Shown: positions 1 through 12,634, counted from the first letter of the stretch. The stretch: 64,000 nt of DNA from Gammaproteobacteria bacterium (GCA_965243205.1 CBDEUK010000002.1:1760001-1824000); one strand, 5' to 3'. The notes: generated by a model from the letters alone, not told the origin. Numbers and translations: made by a program.

Positions 1-2155
<2,155 letters not shown>

Positions 2156-2172
2156 TTACCTTATCAATTCAA

Positions 2173-3249
2173 TCAATTCGATATTCTACCATCTTTTACA
2201 CAACCACGTTCCACGTGAAACAATGTTGTTTGTGATTCAGGAAAAACATTTGCTTCTGTAGTTGTAATAAAACTTTGAACGCCTGCTGATTCAAGTTCAT
2301 GCAAAATGATTGCTCTAGATTCACTATCTAGCTCTGCTGCAACATCATCCAGTAAAAAAATAGGCTTGATGCCAATTTTTTCGATAATACAGTCTATTTC
2401 AGCTAGTTTCTGTGCGGAAATATAAAGTTTACTTTGTCCACGTGACAAAAACTTTGAAGCTTTTTGATCATCAATCAAAAAATCTATATTCGATCTATGT
2501 GGCCCATTAAGAGTAAACCCTCTTTCTTTATCTTGAATCCTATTTTTTTTAAGAATTTCTTTATATTCACTGATATTTTCTACGGTAGAGGTGTAAATTA
2601 CCCCCACATTGCCATCCAATATCTTATCAGCCTTTGTTTTAAATACTTCATCTATATGGCTTATCGCTTCTTGGCTCATTTGGATAATATTTTTTCCAAA
2701 CTCCACCATCTGATGTTCCCACGCATCCAATTCATTAGATTGACTGTTTTTCCTAAGCAGTAAATTTCGACTCCTAAGTGCTGTATGGTATTTTTTCCAC
2801 GATGATAAATACTTTGGTTCCACGTGGAACATATACCAATCCAACCATTTTCTTCGAATTTTTGGTCCTCCTGTCAATAACGAATGACTTTCCGTTGTTT
2901 GCGTAATAATCGGCAAGCTTGCTGCTTGTTCAGAAATAGACTGTACTGGTGATGATTGGAATCGTATACGTGACTTACTATCTTGTCGTGAGAAACCAGC
3001 TGTAACAGTTCCTAAACGATCATGATCAATTTGACCAGAGACCAATAGTTGCTGCTGCCCATTTTTTAATAATTCATTTATTTTTGGCGTTCGGAATGAC
3101 TTGGCGCGTGACAGTAAATGAATTGCTTCAAGAATACTGGTTTTGCCACTACCGTTTTTGCCATGGATGAGGTTTACCGCTTTTCCTGGGTAAATGACTT
3201 GTGATTCTATAATCCTGACATTATCGAGACTGAGTTTCTCAAACCTCAT
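2173..3249 (-). CDS. recF: DNA replication/repair protein RecF
   Basis: Walker A GKNGSGKTS, GPHR motif, LSRGQ, LLDDVAAELD; dnaA-dnaN-recF-gyrB synteny. Confidence 0.97.
   Translation of the reverse strand: MRFEKLSLDNVRIIESQVIYPGKAVNLIHGKNGSGKTSILEAIHLLSRAKSFRTPKINELLKNGQQQLLVSGQIDHDRLGTVTAGFSRQDSKSRIRFQSSPVQSISEQAASLPIITQTTESHSLLTGGPKIRRKWLDWYMFHVEPKYLSSWKKYHTALRSRNLLLRKNSQSNELDAWEHQMVEFGKNIIQMSQEAISHIDEVFKTKADKILDGNVGVIYTSTVENISEYKEILKKNRIQDKERGFTLNGPHRSNIDFLIDDQKASKFLSRGQSKLYISAQKLAEIDCIIEKIGIKPIFLLDDVAAELDSESRAIILHELESAGVQSFITTTEANVFPESQTTLFHVERGCVKDGRISN
2207..2222. promoter_or_regulatory. parS centromere-like site (ParB binding) inside recF
   Basis: cGTTCCACGTGAAACa matches the parS consensus TGTTNCACGTGAAACA. 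Confidence 0.85.
2816..2831. promoter_or_regulatory. parS site inside recF
   Basis: gGTTCCACGTGGAACa with a perfect 14-bp palindromic core. Confidence 0.88.
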
Positions 3250-3264
3250 ATTTCTATAGGCGTA

Positions 3265-4365
3265 CTATAGCCTCATTGGCATCACAACGTATTTGCAGGT
3301 TGAATCCCCATCAGGAAGGATCAGACAGCTACTATTTGCATCAAAGATCAGGATTTTTACCTTTTCTGTTTTAATTGCATTGATCGCGTCTAATAAATAA
3401 GAAACGTTAAACCCGATCTCTACCGTTGGTCCCGAGTATTCTGCTTCGATTTCTTCTTCAGCTTGCTCCTGTTCAGGGTTTTGTGCTTCTGCTTTTAATT
3501 TATTTTCTTCGATAGTAATTCTGACACCTCGATATTTTTCATTCGATAATATAGAGGCACGGGTTAAACTCTGTTTTAGTATTTCTTTGTCAGAGATTAG
3601 CGGCGTATCAATCGTTTCAGGTATAACTCTTTGATATTCTGGGAATTTTCCATCTATCAACTTGCTAGTCAACACTGTATCACCAACTTTGAAACGTATA
3701 TGGTTTGGTGTTAACTGGATGATCATTTTCTGTTCTTCCTGAGAAATGATCTTTATTAATTCTTGCACCGTTTTTCTTGGCAAAATCAGTTGCGGCTTTT
3801 CTACCGTTGGTAGAGTACATGACATTTCTTTAAGCGCGAGCCTATGCCCATCGGTTGCTACAGCTCTAAGAACATCTTTCTCAAATTCCAGCAACATGCC
3901 ATTAAGATAATAACGAACATCCTGTTGTGCCATAGCAAACATGGTGTCATGAATTAGAGTGTGAAATTCTATTTGGTTAAGAGTGAACTCAGTTTTTGTT
4001 TCAAGAAAATCCGTTTCAGGAAATTCTTCGGCAGGTTGTGTTACGAGAGTAAAGCGACTTTTACCTGATTTTAAGATCAGTTTTTCTTCATTTTTTTCAA
4101 AACGTATTTCTGCCTCTTCTGGTAAAGAACGACAAATATCTAAAAACTTTCTCGCGGGAACTGTAATTTGGCCTGTTGTTTCCATCTGCTTTTGTACAAC
4201 ACATTTCATTTCAACTTCCATATCAGTTGCAGTTACAGAAAAACTATCCGAAGAGAGTTTGAGTAGTAGATTAGACAAGATAGGTAAATTTTGCCTTCTA
4301 TCCACTACAGAATTAACTAATTGAAGAGCTGGTAAAAGATCTTCTCTTAATAAATTAAATTTCAT
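3265..4365 (-). CDS. dnaN: DNA polymerase III beta sliding clamp
   Basis: 366 aa; VATDGHRLA, GKFPEYQRVIP, C-terminal VVMPMRL. Confidence 0.98.
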   Translation of the reverse strand: MKFNLLREDLLPALQLVNSVVDRRQNLPILSNLLLKLSSDSFSVTATDMEVEMKCVVQKQMETTGQITVPARKFLDICRSLPEEAEIRFEKNEEKLILKSGKSRFTLVTQPAEEFPETDFLETKTEFTLNQIEFHTLIHDTMFAMAQQDVRYYLNGMLLEFEKDVLRAVATDGHRLALKEMSCTLPTVEKPQLILPRKTVQELIKIISQEEQKMIIQLTPNHIRFKVGDTVLTSKLIDGKFPEYQRVIPETIDTPLISDKEILKQSLTRASILSNEKYRGVRITIEENKLKAEAQNPEQEQAEEEIEAEYSGPTVEIGFNVSYLLDAINAIKTEKVKILIFDANSSCLILPDGDSTCKYVVMPMRL

Positions 4366-4562
4366 ATATATAACCCATTGTTGTTATATTTAATAAGCTA
4401 AAAAGCAAGGATAAATATAATTTCATAATTAAAACAAATAGTTACGAAATATATTTATGAAGTTTTTCTGTTTTCTTCTTGTTAATAACATGTTTAAAAA
4501 TATTGAATATATTTCATCATAATATTAACCATTAGTTATGCACAGACTCTCACACAGTTTCT
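4366..4562. other. candidate oriC / DNA-unwinding region (dnaA-dnaN spacer)
   Basis: Very AT-rich spacer; DnaA box TTATGCACA at 4536-4544 (1 mismatch); IHF-like AAACAAatagTTA at 4432-4444. Confidence 0.5.
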
Positions 4563-5903
4563 TCAGTTTGTTAGAATTCGTTCTAAGTTGATATAATCTT
4601 CTTCAATTTTTTGATCTGTTTTCTTTAGCTCAGCGATCTTTCTGCAGGCATGCAAAACAGTTGTGTGATCTCTGCCACCAAAGGCATCCCCTATTTCCGG
4701 TAAACTATGATTGGTTAAATCTTTCGATAAAGCCATTGCAATCTGCCTAGGTCGAGCGACAGAACGGCTCCTGCGTTTGGATAATAATTCAGCTACTCTA
4801 ACCTTAAAATATTCTGCAGTCGTTTTTTGAATGTTCTCGATAGTTATTTGTTTGTCTTGGAGAAGTAAAAGATCTCTCAAAGCATATTGTACAAATTCCA
4901 TATTGATTGGGTTGCCTGTTAATTTAGAGTTGGCAATAACCCTATTGAGCGCTCCTTCTAGCTCACGGACATTGGAGCGAAAACGCTCAGCGATAAAAAA
5001 CGACACATCGTCAGGCAAACTGACTTTGGATTGCTGCGCTTTTTTTCGAATGATTGCAACACGTGTTTCAAGCTCAGGCGGCTCGATAGCAACAGTAAGA
5101 CCCCAACCAAAACGGGATTTAAGCCTTTCTTCAAGACCATTTACTTCTTTAGGATATCGGTCACAAGTTAGCACGATTTGGTGCTGGCCTTCTAAAAGAG
5201 CGTTAAATGTATGAAAAAATTCTTCTTGGGAGCGTTCTTTGTTAGCAAAAAACTGAATATCATCGATGAGTAATGCATCAACAGAGCGATAATAGCGCTT
5301 AAAATCGTTTATCGCATTGTGTTGAAGAGCTTTAACCATATCGGCAACAAAACGTTCTGAGTGTAAATAGGCAATGTTCGCGTTCGGGTTTTTTTCTAAT
5401 ATTTCAAGCCCAATAGCATGCATTAAATGGGTTTTTCCGAGGCCAACACCACCGTATAGAAATAACGGGTTATACGATGCACCTGGATTTTCTGCGGTTT
5501 GAATAGAAGCAGCCCTGGCTAATTGATTTGATTTACCTTCCACGAAAGATTCAAATGTAAATTCCGTTTTTAGATTATTAGAATGTTTTACCGTACTTTT
5601 ATTGGGTAGCTCGCTGGGCTTAGATGTATTTGCTACGGGAGGTTCTTTTTTAGCCTGAAACGATGGCGTTTGTGAACCAACTTCTATCTTTAGTTCAAAC
5701 TCTTCTTCTAAAATGGCGGATAAGTGTGAATGAATACTGTTGAAATATTGTTCGCTAACCCAATCTTTCACAAAACGGTTTGGTGCGAGTAGCCGGATAT
5801 GGCTTTGGTCTATAACAGCTTGTAATGGCCTAATCCAAGTATTAAAAAGTTGCGGTGAAAGCTCAACTTCAAGGCGTTCTAGACATTGTTGCCAAGGCGA
5901 CAT
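4563..5903 (-). CDS. dnaA: chromosomal replication initiator DnaA
   Basis: [37 protein letters not shown]. Confidence 0.99.
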   Translation of the reverse strand: MSPWQQCLERLEVELSPQLFNTWIRPLQAVIDQSHIRLLAPNRFVKDWVSEQYFNSIHSHLSAILEEEFELKIEVGSQTPSFQAKKEPPVANTSKPSELPNKSTVKHSNNLKTEFTFESFVEGKSNQLARAASIQTAENPGASYNPLFLYGGVGLGKTHLMHAIGLEILEKNPNANIAYLHSERFVADMVKALQHNAINDFKRYYRSVDALLIDDIQFFANKERSQEEFFHTFNALLEGQHQIVLTCDRYPKEVNGLEERLKSRFGWGLTVAIEPPELETRVAIIRKKAQQSKVSLPDDVSFFIAERFRSNVRELEGALNRVIANSKLTGNPINMEFVQYALRDLLLLQDKQITIENIQKTTAEYFKVRVAELLSKRRSRSVARPRQIAMALSKDLTNHSLPEIGDAFGGRDHTTVLHACRKIAELKKTDQKIEEDYINLERILTN

Positions 5904-5981
5904 TGTGAAATATTAGACCTCGTTGGAAAAATGAAAGATGGTTCAAAAAAACTAATGAGACAGTATACAGTTTTGCTAGAC

Positions 5982-5990
5982 TTATCCACA
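5982..5990 (+). promoter_or_regulatory. DnaA box (dnaA autoregulation or origin)
   Basis: Perfect TTATCCACA in the dnaA-rpmH spacer. Confidence 0.85.
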
Positions 5991-6022
5991 ACCATCATCA
6001 CGATAAAATGATGAATCATTGA

Positions 6023-6052
6023 TTGACAAATAAAAGGTGTCGACAGTAATAT
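6023..6052 (+). promoter_or_regulatory. sigma70 promoter for rpmH operon
   Basis: TTGACA-18 nt-TAATAT followed by GC-rich discriminator AGCGGCCC. Confidence 0.6.
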
Positions 6053-6088
6053 AGCGGCCCTTTTGAATCTGGCACAAAAGCGAAGAAA

Positions 6089-6223
6089 ATGAAACAAACA
6101 TTTAACCCAAGCAACTTAAAACGCAAAAGAACTCATGGCTTCCGCGCAAGAATGGCAACAAAGTCAGGCCGTCTAGTTATCAAGTCACGTCGTGCAAAAG
6201 GCCGCAAAAAGCTCTCTGCCTAG
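6089..6223 (+). CDS. rpmH: 50S ribosomal protein L34
   Basis: Manual translation [44 protein letters not shown] (44 aa, below the ORF-track cutoff). Confidence 0.98.
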   Translation: MKQTFNPSNLKRKRTHGFRARMATKSGRLVIKSRRAKGRKKLSA

Positions 6224-6254
6224 AGAGAATTTAGCCTCTTTTTGAGATAAAAGA

Positions 6255-6605
6255 CTGTTAAATAACCTTACAAAACAACACAGGTTACTCAAACAGCACG
6301 AATACCAAAGAGTCTTTTCAACCCCTGTTCGCATCTCAGATTCATCTTTACTCTTATTAGCCCGTGCAAACGGTGATAAGATAGCGCGCCTCGGTCTTGC
6401 GGTTTCAAAGAAAAGAATCAAGAATTCAGTCGATAGAAACCTAGTTAAGCGTCTCATCAGAGAAAGCTTTAGATTGAATAAAGACAAGATTGTCGGATGG
6501 GATGTGGTGATCATAACCCATAGGAATATGGAAAAGATTAATAAACAACGTATAAATAAAAGCATCAATAATCACTGGCGTGCCCTGCAGAAATGCAAAA
6601 AATAA
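6255..6605 (+). CDS. rnpA: ribonuclease P protein component (probable CTG start)
   Basis: Manual translation: RLLKQHEYQRVF...ARLGLAVSKKRIKNSVDRNLVKRLIRESFR; in-frame TGA at 6243 and no ATG/GTG/TTG before the motifs. Confidence 0.93.
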   Translation: MLNNLTKQHRLLKQHEYQRVFSTPVRISDSSLLLLARANGDKIARLGLAVSKKRIKNSVDRNLVKRLIRESFRLNKDKIVGWDVVIITHRNMEKINKQRINKSINNHWRALQKCKK

Positions 6606-6808
6606 TTATTAAGATCATTCAGTTTTATCAGTTTTTTATTAGCCCAATGTTAGGCCAAAACTGTCGTTATATTCCTACGTGCTCTGAATATTCAATAGAA
6701 GCAATTAAAACCCACGGTACAGTAAAAGGTGTGTTTTTAGCATCGAAAAGAATTTGTACTTGCCAACCTTTTTGTAAAGGCGGGCATGATCCTGTCCCAA
6801 ATAAATAA
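6593..6808 (+). CDS. yidD: membrane protein insertion efficiency factor YidD
   Basis: CRYIPTCSEY...GGHDPVP; located between rnpA and yidC. Confidence 0.95.
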   Translation: MQKIIIKIIQFYQFFISPMLGQNCRYIPTCSEYSIEAIKTHGTVKGVFLASKRICTCQPFCKGGHDPVPNK

Positions 6809-6823
6809 CAAAAGAAAAAAATC

Positions 6824-8482
6824 ATGGATACAAGCAAGTTAATCTTATTATTAGCAATTGGTATGGTCGGCATGATGCTGGTCCAAGAATGGGAAAAGGA
6901 TTATGGTCAACCATCGACAACAACAGTTGAACAAACACAGACTCAAATCACAGCTAATTCAAATGAAGAAATTCCTGATTTGCCGCTATTGGAGGGAAAT
7001 GAAGCAAGTTTTCAGGCCAGCACTGATGAAGAATTAAATAACGGTAAAATCAATTCTTCGCATGAAAAAATAAACGTTGTTACTGATGTTTTTGATATCG
7101 AAATAGCATTACAAGGCGCAACAATAGAAAAATTATCATTACTACAGTACCCGACCGAACACGGCGATGTTGATAACCCTTTAGTTTTATTAGATAACAC
7201 CTCTTCTTTGTTTTATATCATGCAAGGTGGTTTGCGAGGGGAAAGTGAATTACCAACACACAAAAGCTTATATTCCTCTTCAGATTCTAGTTATGTTCTA
7301 CAAGAAGGAGAAGATACGTTAAAAGTAAATTTCTTTTGGCAGTCAGATGAACTAAAAGTAACTAAGACATACAGTTTTGATCGTGATAGTTACGTCATAG
7401 ATATTGATTATCAAGTTGAAAATATTTCTTCTCAATCAATCAAGTTAGCTGCATATAATCAATTACAACGTAGTAACCCTCGAGAAGGCCATAAATTACT
7501 TTACACATATACGGGCGCCGTTTTATCCACTCCAGAAGAAGTGTATGAAAAGTGGTCATTTGATGATTTAGATGAAAAAGATATTAATTCAAGCGTTTCA
7601 GGTGGTTGGATTGCGTTCCTTCAACATTATTTTGTTAGTGCGTTATATCCTGAGCAACCTGAAAATACCCAGCAATATTACAGTATTGCCTTAAACGAAA
7701 AAAATCGTTATTTCATCGGTACTATGACTTCAGCAGTAGAAATTGCTCCTGGAGGAATTGAGTCTTTAAGACAACAAGCATACATTGGCCCTAAGGAACA
7801 GAAACGACTCGAAAAAGTAGTACCAAATTTAGATTTAGTGGTTGATTATGGTGTTCTATGGTTTATTGCTAAACCATTGTTTAAAGCTTTAGATTGGTTT
7901 CATTCTCTTACTGGTAACTGGGGTTGGGCTATTATCTTAGTGACTATCGCGATCAAACTTTTGTTTTATCCTTTATCCGCTGCTGGTTACCGTTCGATGG
8001 CAAACTTACGAAGAGTTCAGCCACGGCTACTATCGATTCGTGAACGTTATAAAAATGATCGAACTCGACTTAATCAAGCGATGATGGATTTGTATAAAGA
8101 GGAAAAGATCAACCCGTTAGGCGGCTGTTTTCCTATACTTATCCAAATACCTGTATTTATTGCTTTGTATTGGGTGTTATTAGAATCTGTAGAAATGCGC
8201 CAAGCTCCATTTATGTTATGGTTGCAGGATTTATCAAGCCCAGATCCAATTTATGTATTGCCTTTGTTGATGGGTGTGACCATGTTCATTCAACAAAAAC
8301 TTAATCCGCCGCCAACGGATCCAGTACAAGAAAAAGTTCTAAGCTTTTTACCTATTGTGTTTACGGTGTTTTTTGCCTTTTTCCCATCTGGTTTGGTGTT
8401 GTATTGGGTGTCGAATAATATCTTATCAATAATTCAGCAAGCTCGTATAAACCATACTTTAGAAAAGGCTGGTCTTAAGTAG
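6824..8482 (+). CDS. yidC: membrane protein insertase YidC
   Basis: GNWGWAII, INPLGGCFPILIQIPVFIALY, PSGLVLYW. Confidence 0.98.
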   Translation: MDTSKLILLLAIGMVGMMLVQEWEKDYGQPSTTTVEQTQTQITANSNEEIPDLPLLEGNEASFQASTDEELNNGKINSSHEKINVVTDVFDIEIALQGATIEKLSLLQYPTEHGDVDNPLVLLDNTSSLFYIMQGGLRGESELPTHKSLYSSSDSSYVLQEGEDTLKVNFFWQSDELKVTKTYSFDRDSYVIDIDYQVENISSQSIKLAAYNQLQRSNPREGHKLLYTYTGAVLSTPEEVYEKWSFDDLDEKDINSSVSGGWIAFLQHYFVSALYPEQPENTQQYYSIALNEKNRYFIGTMTSAVEIAPGGIESLRQQAYIGPKEQKRLEKVVPNLDLVVDYGVLWFIAKPLFKALDWFHSLTGNWGWAIILVTIAIKLLFYPLSAAGYRSMANLRRVQPRLLSIRERYKNDRTRLNQAMMDLYKEEKINPLGGCFPILIQIPVFIALYWVLLESVEMRQAPFMLWLQDLSSPDPIYVLPLLMGVTMFIQQKLNPPPTDPVQEKVLSFLPIVFTVFFAFFPSGLVLYWVSNNILSIIQQARINHTLEKAGLK

Positions 8483-8484
8483 CA

Positions 8485-9828
8485 ATGGATAAAGGCGTCT
8501 TTGATGCCAAAGCAGAAGCAATCGTTGCAATCGCAACAGCACAGGGCAGAGCGGCTATCGGGATTGTTCGCTTAACAGGCTCTGGCTCTAAAGAGATCGC
8601 TCAGAAAATTTGCAGAAAAGAATTAAAACCAAGGTTTGCTGAGTTTTGTAAGTTTTTTGATAGTCATCAACAAACAATCGATGAAGGCATCTGTCTTTTT
8701 TTTCCTTCTCCAAATTCTTTTACTGGTGAAGATATTATTGAGTTTCAATCTCATGGATCTCCACAAGCCTTAAATTTAATACAACAAGAATGCGTAAAAC
8801 TCGGTGCACGCTTAGCAAAGCCAGGTGAGTTTACTGAGAGAGCATTTTTGAATGGAAAAATTGATCTTACGCAAGCTGAAGCAATAGCCGATGTTATAGA
8901 AGCGCAAAGCGAACAAAGTTTAAAAAGTGCAAACGAATCATTGCAAGGGAAATTCAAACGAGACATTAATGATATTTTATCTCAACTTATTAATTTAAGA
9001 GTTTATATTGAAGGTGCGATGGATTTTGCAGAAGAAGAAATCGACTTTTTAGAAAATAAAGAATTGCTGAATAAGTTCACTGAACTTTTAGAACAATTAA
9101 AAAGTATTGTTAAAAATACAAAGGCGTCTATGTTACTACGACAGGGTGTTAAAGTTGCTATTTACGGCGAACCCAATGTTGGTAAGTCAACATTATTAAA
9201 TCAACTTACTGGTAGAAACGTTGCCATAGTAACGAATGTTCCTGGCACTACACGAGATCAACTAGAACAACAAATTATTATTGACGGTGTGCCTGTGTTA
9301 TTAATTGATACTGCAGGCATAAGAGAAACGGAAGACATGGTTGAGAAACAAGGTGTAGAAAGAGCAATTCAAGTTAGAGAGCAAGCCGATATTGTTTTGA
9401 ATATTTTTGATGCTACTAAGCGGTTAAAAATACTAGAGTTAGAAAAAGAAAAAAACACAAGAATAATCGTAATTAATAAGATCGATTTAGTTGAAAAGCA
9501 AAAATTTGATGACGGTAAAAACACGGTGTTTATTTCAGCGAAAAATAATCAAGGCATAGATAGGCTTATACAAGTTTTAGGGGAAGTAATTAAGTCTAAA
9601 GAACTCTTAGAGACACCGAATATTGCAAGGAGTCGATATGTTGAAGCATTAAATAGAACAGTTGAACATATAAAAAATGCAGAAGCATATTTAAAACAAA
9701 CCAAGAGCGGAGAGATAGTTGCTGAAGAATTATTGTTAGCCCAGAATGCATTATCTGAGATAACAGGCGAATATTTGCCAGATGATTTATTAGGAGAAAT
9801 CTTCTCTAGGTTTTGTATTGGAAAGTAA
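8485..9828 (+). CDS. mnmE: tRNA modification GTPase MnmE
   Basis: GEPNVGKS, PGTTRD, DTAG, NKID, C-terminal FCIGK. Confidence 0.98.
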   Translation: MDKGVFDAKAEAIVAIATAQGRAAIGIVRLTGSGSKEIAQKICRKELKPRFAEFCKFFDSHQQTIDEGICLFFPSPNSFTGEDIIEFQSHGSPQALNLIQQECVKLGARLAKPGEFTERAFLNGKIDLTQAEAIADVIEAQSEQSLKSANESLQGKFKRDINDILSQLINLRVYIEGAMDFAEEEIDFLENKELLNKFTELLEQLKSIVKNTKASMLLRQGVKVAIYGEPNVGKSTLLNQLTGRNVAIVTNVPGTTRDQLEQQIIIDGVPVLLIDTAGIRETEDMVEKQGVERAIQVREQADIVLNIFDATKRLKILELEKEKNTRIIVINKIDLVEKQKFDDGKNTVFISAKNNQGIDRLIQVLGEVIKSKELLETPNIARSRYVEALNRTVEHIKNAEAYLKQTKSGEIVAEELLLAQNALSEITGEYLPDDLLGEIFSRFCIGK

Positions 9829-9830
9829 AA

Positions 9831-10871
9831 TTATTTCATTATATTCAATAAAGACTCATAACACATTTCTATCTTAGGAATAACCACCTGCTCAGAGAAG
9901 TTTTGCCTAAAATGTTCATTTGCTTTGTCTGCTATGGGTTGTAACTCAGCTATGTTTTTACAAGAGATCAGCAGTTGTTCATGGAGACTATCAACATCAT
10001 CTGTTTCGCATAATAGAGCGGTATCCTTATTCAAAAATTGTCTGGGTCCTTCGCTTTTAGTAGAAATAATCAATTTTCCTCTAGCCATCGCTTCTAAAAC
10101 CGCAATTCCAAAAGGTTCAAGACGTGAAGGTAAAACAAAAACATCGTGCTGATCTAATAATTCTGTAATGTTGTTTGCCCAAGGCAATAGATGAATTTTT
10201 TCTTCGCAATGATGTTTTTGTATCAGAGAAGACAATAAATTTTTTTGATCGCCATCACCAACGATATTTAATGTAATATTATTTTGGTAACTTAATAGTT
10301 TAGCAAAAGCTTGTATTAATAAATCAAAACCTTTTTTATGAACAAAACGCCCAAAGGCTAAATAGCGAATAGGTTTGTGATCAGAAATAATATGACGTTT
10401 AGAGCCTAGTCTAGAAAAATTTTGTATTACTTCTATTTTAGAGTTTGTTTCTGGAAATGAATCTACTATGAATTTTTTATGTTCTTCGGTTAAAGAAATT
10501 ATTTTGTCGGCGTAAGCATAGGTTTTTATTGAATTATAATTATGTACTGAAGCGACAACAGGAAAGCTCAAGCTTTGTGATGCCTTACCAGCAAACCCCA
10601 TGCTTCTTCTTAGATGAATATGCACGATATCAGGTTTAAAATTTAGTAGTAGTTTTTTTAATTTTAATTTAGCAAAAGGATTTTGCCTGAATAAAAGAGG
10701 TATAATTTCATGAGAAACAAGATTTTTTTCTAATTGCTCTTGGCTTTTTGAATGTTTATCAATAACTGCTAGTACAGTATGCCCTCTTTTTTGTAATCCT
10801 ATTGATGTATCAACAAACGCTCTTTCTGCGCCACCAAAACCTTTGCAAATCATTATTTGGCAAACTTTCAT
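9831..10871 (-). CDS. glycosyltransferase family 4
   Basis: GFGGAER, GRFVHKKGFD, PSRLEPFGIAVLEAMA. Confidence 0.9.
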   Translation of the reverse strand: MKVCQIMICKGFGGAERAFVDTSIGLQKRGHTVLAVIDKHSKSQEQLEKNLVSHEIIPLLFRQNPFAKLKLKKLLLNFKPDIVHIHLRRSMGFAGKASQSLSFPVVASVHNYNSIKTYAYADKIISLTEEHKKFIVDSFPETNSKIEVIQNFSRLGSKRHIISDHKPIRYLAFGRFVHKKGFDLLIQAFAKLLSYQNNITLNIVGDGDQKNLLSSLIQKHHCEEKIHLLPWANNITELLDQHDVFVLPSRLEPFGIAVLEAMARGKLIISTKSEGPRQFLNKDTALLCETDDVDSLHEQLLISCKNIAELQPIADKANEHFRQNFSEQVVIPKIEMCYESLLNIMK

Positions 10872-12136
10872 GTCTTATTTTTTTGTTCCGAAACATTCGA
10901 TAATATATAAAAGCCTCCGGAAAGTAATGATATAAAAACAAGCCACCAACTTCTCCACAGAGGGAAACCTACCATCCATATTGAAAGCGCGCAGACAAAA
11001 CAAGCTACAGCAAAAGGTATTACATAAGGATTCAGTGTATAAATTCCATTGATGATAGTGTTCAGTATTAAGATTAAAATGATAAGACCAGGAAAGCCTA
11101 GTTCAAGGGTAATTTGTAAGAATATGTTATGTGGGTATGAAAAATCTGGCCTATTGATACTTTCATCATACTTAAAAACTTCATTTGTTAGTTCAGCTTT
11201 AAATGCTTCATTTGTTGGTTCAAGATATTTCGAGTCGGAATTGCCCCATCCTGTGAAAGGCTTTTCCATAATTTTACTAATGGATCTTTCCCATATATCA
11301 ATTCTATGAAGACTGGATAGGCCTATATGTTGGTTCAATGTTTGTGCAATAGAACTATCTGGGTCTTGTTGATAAATTTGTTTTGGTAGAAAAAAAACAC
11401 ATATGATTGATATAACAATAAAAGCTTTTAATAGAAACTTGCTCTGTATAGTAAAAAAACATGAGATCAATAAAAATAATGAAGATAATGCCAAGCCTAG
11501 TACAGCAGCAGAACTTTCGCTAATAGCAGCCGATAAACAGATTACTAAAAAGAAAAAAAAGGAAATCGGTTTTGACAATTTATCGAATGTGGATTTAGAT
11601 GTAATGAGTGCAGCAACAAACCAAAACATTACTGTGCAAGCCATAATAACCTTATTTAATTCCACATAAGACATAGATAGTTCTTTCCCTGAAATATATT
11701 GCTTAATCGAAAAATTAAAGTGTATTTGTAGATAAGAAATGATAACTAATAAAAAAAATAAACAAGGCAAATATAACCGTATGCAAACCGAATTAACTAA
11801 TGATTTAAAGCTATTTGACGAAAATAAAAAGAGAATAGGTGTAGTTAATAGTGTTAGCTTAAATACATTGCTGAAAGCGCTTGAGTCTTTATGAGAATAG
11901 AAAGGAAATATAAAAGACAGTGTTAATAATAAAATAAAGTAGACAATAATTATTGAATTAAAACGGTTGAGTATAGTTTTTCGAATATAAAGTAAGGCAG
12001 AAAGCAAGCTTAGAAAAAAACATATGACCCCAATTAAGTGTGGAGAAGTAGCGCTAAATATCGCCAAACAGAAAAAGCACAAGATCAATAAAAAATTAGA
12101 GAATGCTTCTGTTTTTCCCAAAATTAAAGAGTTCAT
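10868..12136 (-). CDS. O-antigen ligase (WaaL/Wzy_C) family membrane protein
   Basis: Multi-TM protein; HRIDIW...PFTGWG...PHNIFLQITLELG motif. Confidence 0.85.
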   Translation of the reverse strand: MNSLILGKTEAFSNFLLILCFFCLAIFSATSPHLIGVICFFLSLLSALLYIRKTILNRFNSIIIVYFILLLTLSFIFPFYSHKDSSAFSNVFKLTLLTTPILFLFSSNSFKSLVNSVCIRLYLPCLFFLLVIISYLQIHFNFSIKQYISGKELSMSYVELNKVIMACTVMFWFVAALITSKSTFDKLSKPISFFFFLVICLSAAISESSAAVLGLALSSLFLLISCFFTIQSKFLLKAFIVISIICVFFLPKQIYQQDPDSSIAQTLNQHIGLSSLHRIDIWERSISKIMEKPFTGWGNSDSKYLEPTNEAFKAELTNEVFKYDESINRPDFSYPHNIFLQITLELGFPGLIILILILNTIINGIYTLNPYVIPFAVACFVCALSIWMVGFPLWRSWWLVFISLLSGGFYILSNVSEQKNKT

Positions 12137-12238
12137 TGTCAGAGGTTTAAATATTTATAAATTAATTCTGTTTGTCTAATAATAGAGATAGTGTATTGTA
12201 CGCACCCATAAAAATACAGTTTATATACAGGTTTTATT

Positions 12239-12634
12239 ATGAGTATCAAAGTTGATGTTTCAGTTGGTGAATTTATTGATAAGCTTACGATTTTACAGAT
12301 AAAGAGTGAGAGAATAAGCGATCCGACAAAGTTGGAAAATATAAACCGAGAAAAAACGGTTTTAGAGTTGGAATGGCAAAACTCTATATACAAAGATCTT
12401 GATATAAATTCACAAAAAGAAAAACTTTTAGCGATTAATGAGTCTTTATGGGAAATAGAGGACGACATTCGCGATAAGGAAAAAGCTGGAGAGTTTGATC
12501 CAGTATTTATAGAGCTCGCTCGCTCAGTGTATATAACCAATGATAAACGTGCGGCAGTAAAAAAAGAAATAAACGCAATATCAGGCTCTACCTTAGTAGA
12601 AGAAAAGTCATATTCGGATTATCAGAGAAAATAA
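12239..12634 (+). CDS. DUF6165-like protein
   Basis: VSVGEFIDKLTILQIK...LWEIEDDIR...ARSVYITNDKR...EEKSY pattern. Confidence 0.75.
   Translation: MSIKVDVSVGEFIDKLTILQIKSERISDPTKLENINREKTVLELEWQNSIYKDLDINSQKEKLLAINESLWEIEDDIRDKEKAGEFDPVFIELARSVYITNDKRAAVKKEINAISGSTLVEEKSYSDYQRK

Noticed and set aside
2433-2449. TTTGTC-CACGT-GACAAA, possible third parS in recF
   Set aside because: Arm spacing and sequence do not fit the 16-bp parS consensus
6185-6568. 127-aa minus-strand ORF
   Set aside because: Antisense to rpmH/rnpA, which carry the conserved motifs
12215-12230. LexA-like CTGTATATAAAC on the minus strand upstream of the ligase gene
   Set aside because: The second half lacks CAG, so it is only a half-site
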